Of a stretch of DNA of 35,318 nt, positions 34,301 through 35,318 are shown piece by piece. Each line of letters begins with the position of its first letter. Position 1 is the stretch's first letter. The translations under genes were made by a program, and so were the position numbers. Under the pieces are notes generated by a model that worked only from the letters and a program-made list of their open reading frames with translations, was not told where the DNA came from and did no database searches. Location: positions 1 to 35,318 of the forward strand of contig JBAYGL010000002.1 in NCBI GenBank assembly GCA_041666725.1, written 5' to 3'. The stretch is from Limisphaerales bacterium. GTDB taxonomy: Bacteria > Verrucomicrobiota > Verrucomicrobiia > Limisphaerales > SXTU01.

Positions 34301-35318
34301 CACGACGAATGCCGGCCTTTATTCCGTGCTCATCACCAGCGCCTACGGCTCGGTCGCCAGCTCGAACGCGACGCTCACGGTGAACGTGCCGCCCACCATT
34401 GTTGTGCCCCCGGTTTCGCAGACCGTCGTGGCGGGCAGCAACGCGACTTTCACCGTCACCGCGACGGGCGACGCGCCTCTCAGCTACCAGTGGCGCTTCG
34501 GCGGCACGGCCATCACGGGCGCGACCAGCGCGACGCTCACCCTGGCCGCCGTGCAGGCGGCGCAGGCCGGGGATTACGCCGTCGTGGTCACAAATCCGTT
34601 CGGCACCGCCACGAGCACGAATGCGACGCTCACGCTGAAGACACCGCCGTTCGTGGCGACGCAGCCGCAGTCATTGACCGTGCTGAAGGGGACCAATGCC
34701 TCCTTCTCGGTCACGGCGGGCGGCGACGGTCCGTTCACCTACCAGTGGCGCTTTGGCGGAACCATCATCACGGACGCGACCAATGCGACGGTCACGTTGA
34801 CAAACGTCCAGACCAACCAGGCCGGCCTTTACTCGGTGCTCATCACCAGCCTCTACGGCTCCGTGACGAGTTCGAACGCTACGCTCACGGTGCTTGACCC
34901 GCCGGTCATCGTTGTTCAACCCGTGTCCGCTTCAGCGCTGGCAGGGGAGACGGTCGCCTTCAGCGTGGTTGCCACCGGGCGGCCCACGCTGCTCTATCAA
35001 TGGTGCAAGAACGGCGTGGACATCGCCGGCGCGACCAACACCACGCTGACGCTCACAAACGTCTCGGCCGCGGATGTGGCGGACTACTGCGTGAAGGTGA
35101 CGAATTCCGACGGTTCCGTCACCAGCGTGAACGCGACCTTCACGTTGTCGTTGCGGACACTTCAAGTCGTCACGACGCAGACGACGAATCTGACGGCGGG
35201 CGCGGCGGTTTCCGTGCCGGTGGCGCTGCTGGCCGAAGGGGGCGAACATCGCGTGACAGGCAGTGTTGCCTACGACACCAACAAGCTCGCGTTCGTCAGC
35301 GTGACCACCTCCGCAGCC
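31302..35318 (+). CDS. Giant surface protein: delta-60 (beta-propeller type) repeats, 10 tandem Ig-like domains, and the start of a cohesin-like domain; 3' end beyond the window
   Basis: Absent from the ORF track because it has no stop in the window. Manual translation from ATG 31302 (alternative ATG 31347) stays open to 35318 (1339 codons). After the hydrophobic leader ...FFAALILASSICGVTA come 7 repeats of the type (L/V)ARL..DGS(L/V)DT.F ... GDGK(I/L)(L/I)(I/V)GG.F. These are followed by 10 units of ~86 aa with ..Y(Q)W(R/L)(F/L)(G/N)G..I.GAT...L.L..V....G.Y.V(V/L)(V/I).N..G..TS..A.LTV. The tail AVSVPVALLAEGGEHRVTGSVAYDTNKLAFVSV is cohesin-like. Confidence 0.85.
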   Translation, partial: MKKSLDSKLPVLGRCMRIEPRSRLAESFAVAGWRVFFAALILASSICGVTADPGDVDLTFNIGTGPNGVVFATKVRTNDNKIYIGGVFDIYNGNTARRIVRLTQTGAFDTSFTTLGCESSVNAIVLQPDLKCIIGGDFTTVGSTTTRRLARLNDNGSLDTTFTANMGNGPDNGVDALAVQGDGKLLIGGRFLNFDGTGRVRLARLNADGSLDTGFVPGLGPNQPVVSINVQLDGKILVCGNFTSFNGVARSGIVRLLADGSVDTSFDPGTGASGLVNGAIIQGDGKIIVYGGFTAFNGQARVKIVRLLANGTIDTAYAQNTAINSDIRDAQLLPSGKLLIVGVFFDINGISRRSVARLDVNGAHDTLFNPGTGAGYLDSLANAAVNASGLDSNARLVVVGEFRQFNDIPFNFITRVNTADPTPPLVITHPVDVFIPTGSNATFSVTASGTEPLSYQWRFGVVNLAGATNASVTITNAQAGNVGNYSVVVANTAGSATSSNASLTLGTFPFFVTPPASQTNVVGANTNFTVVAGGTAPLFYQWLFNGAVLANQTNATLNLTNIQLTNGGPYTIIVSNLFGAVTNSATLTVAAPPAIVAGSNGGGADGQPQSLTVVQGQNATFSVNAIGSAPLTYQWRYGGANITGATNTSVTLTNVLAAQAGLYSVVIGNSFGNVTSSNATLTVLLPPTIIVQPVSQTITQGATLNLSVTATGSPTLTYQWSLNGTAIPGATAAALSLFNAQESLEGNYVCLVTNPYGTATSVVAVVTIQSPPVIYAPGQPQPQTVIQGSNATFSVSAVGDLPFTYQWRFGGTNIAGATNNPLVLTAVQTNQAGNYSVVVSNAFGFTISSNALLTVRVPPFIITQPTPANQTVVAGSNATITVVAGGDPTLAYQWRLNGTAITGATNATLTLTAVQTNQLGLYSVVVSNPYGTVTSGNATLDVKTAPFVVTQPQSLAVLQGSPAAFSVTAGGDGPFTYQWRFGGTDIAGANTAAFGLASAFTTNAGLYSVLITSAYGSVASSNATLTVNVPPTIVVPPVSQTVVAGSNATFTVTATGDAPLSYQWRFGGTAITGATSATLTLAAVQAAQAGDYAVVVTNPFGTATSTNATLTLKTPPFVATQPQSLTVLKGTNASFSVTAGGDGPFTYQWRFGGTIITDATNATVTLTNVQTNQAGLYSVLITSLYGSVTSSNATLTVLDPPVIVVQPVSASALAGETVAFSVVATGRPTLLYQWCKNGVDIAGATNTTLTLTNVSAADVADYCVKVTNSDGSVTSVNATFTLSLRTLQVVTTQTTNLTAGAAVSVPVALLAEGGEHRVTGSVAYDTNKLAFVSVTTSAA
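32566..35150 (+). repeat. Tandem coding repeat array (10 Ig-like domain units, period ~255-280 bp)
   Basis: The Y-Q-W core recurs near 32664, 32920, 33198, 33452, 33712, 33975, 34230, 34485, 34738 and 34995. Units 5-9 alternate between two subtypes, giving a two-domain super-repeat. Confidence 0.8.

Noticed and set aside
32566-35150. Regular periodic repeats considered as a CRISPR array or non-coding satellite
   Set aside because: The period is ~255-280 bp with no short conserved repeat/unique spacer alternation. The repeats translate into Ig-like domains in one continuous open frame.

Overview
This is a visibly GC-rich bacterial chromosomal window. The protein styles (fused SecDF, a delta-60/Ig-like giant surface protein, many exported hypotheticals) suggest a PVC-group, Verrucomicrobiota-like organism, but that is inference only. 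Genes from left to right: secDF (truncated at the window edge) and yajC on the minus strand. Then a MacB/FtsX-type ABC permease and an N6-adenine-type SAM methyltransferase on the plus strand. Next is a minus-strand pair: a GalU-like nucleotidyltransferase, then a 1487-codon ORF fusing a fucokinase-like GHMP kinase module to a UDPGP-family NDP-sugar pyrophosphorylase module. Divergent from that pair is a tightly coupled nine-gene plus-strand sugar-tailoring cluster: methyltransferase, Zn-ADH, SDR epimerase/dehydratase, C-methyltransferase, WbuC cupin, second C-methyltransferase, SDR, methyltransferase-like gene, GT2. After it come an LplA-family ligase, dapF, an exported hypothetical, a Doc/AbrB-type toxin-antitoxin pair, two tandem peroxiredoxins, a 980-aa Ala/Gln/Lys/Glu-rich exported coiled-coil protein, a HupE/UreJ-type membrane protein, a small exported protein and pyrF. 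The window ends with the 5' 4 kb of a giant surface protein (7 delta-60 repeats, 10 Ig-like domains, start of a cohesin-like domain) that runs off the right edge. The most unusual signal is inside the long kinase/pyrophosphorylase ORF. A REP-associated tyrosine transposase (RAYT) with its two flanking REPIN doublets, plus two copies of a second GTAG-headed palindromic element family, all sit inside the coding sequence with the host reading frame preserved. The RAYT is translationally fused on both sides and has no stop codon of its own. Two real genes (secDF and the surface protein) are absent from the ORF track because they lack a stop in the window. Many long ORFs in the track are GC-driven antisense or alternate-frame artefacts. 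No rRNA, tRNA or CRISPR array was seen.
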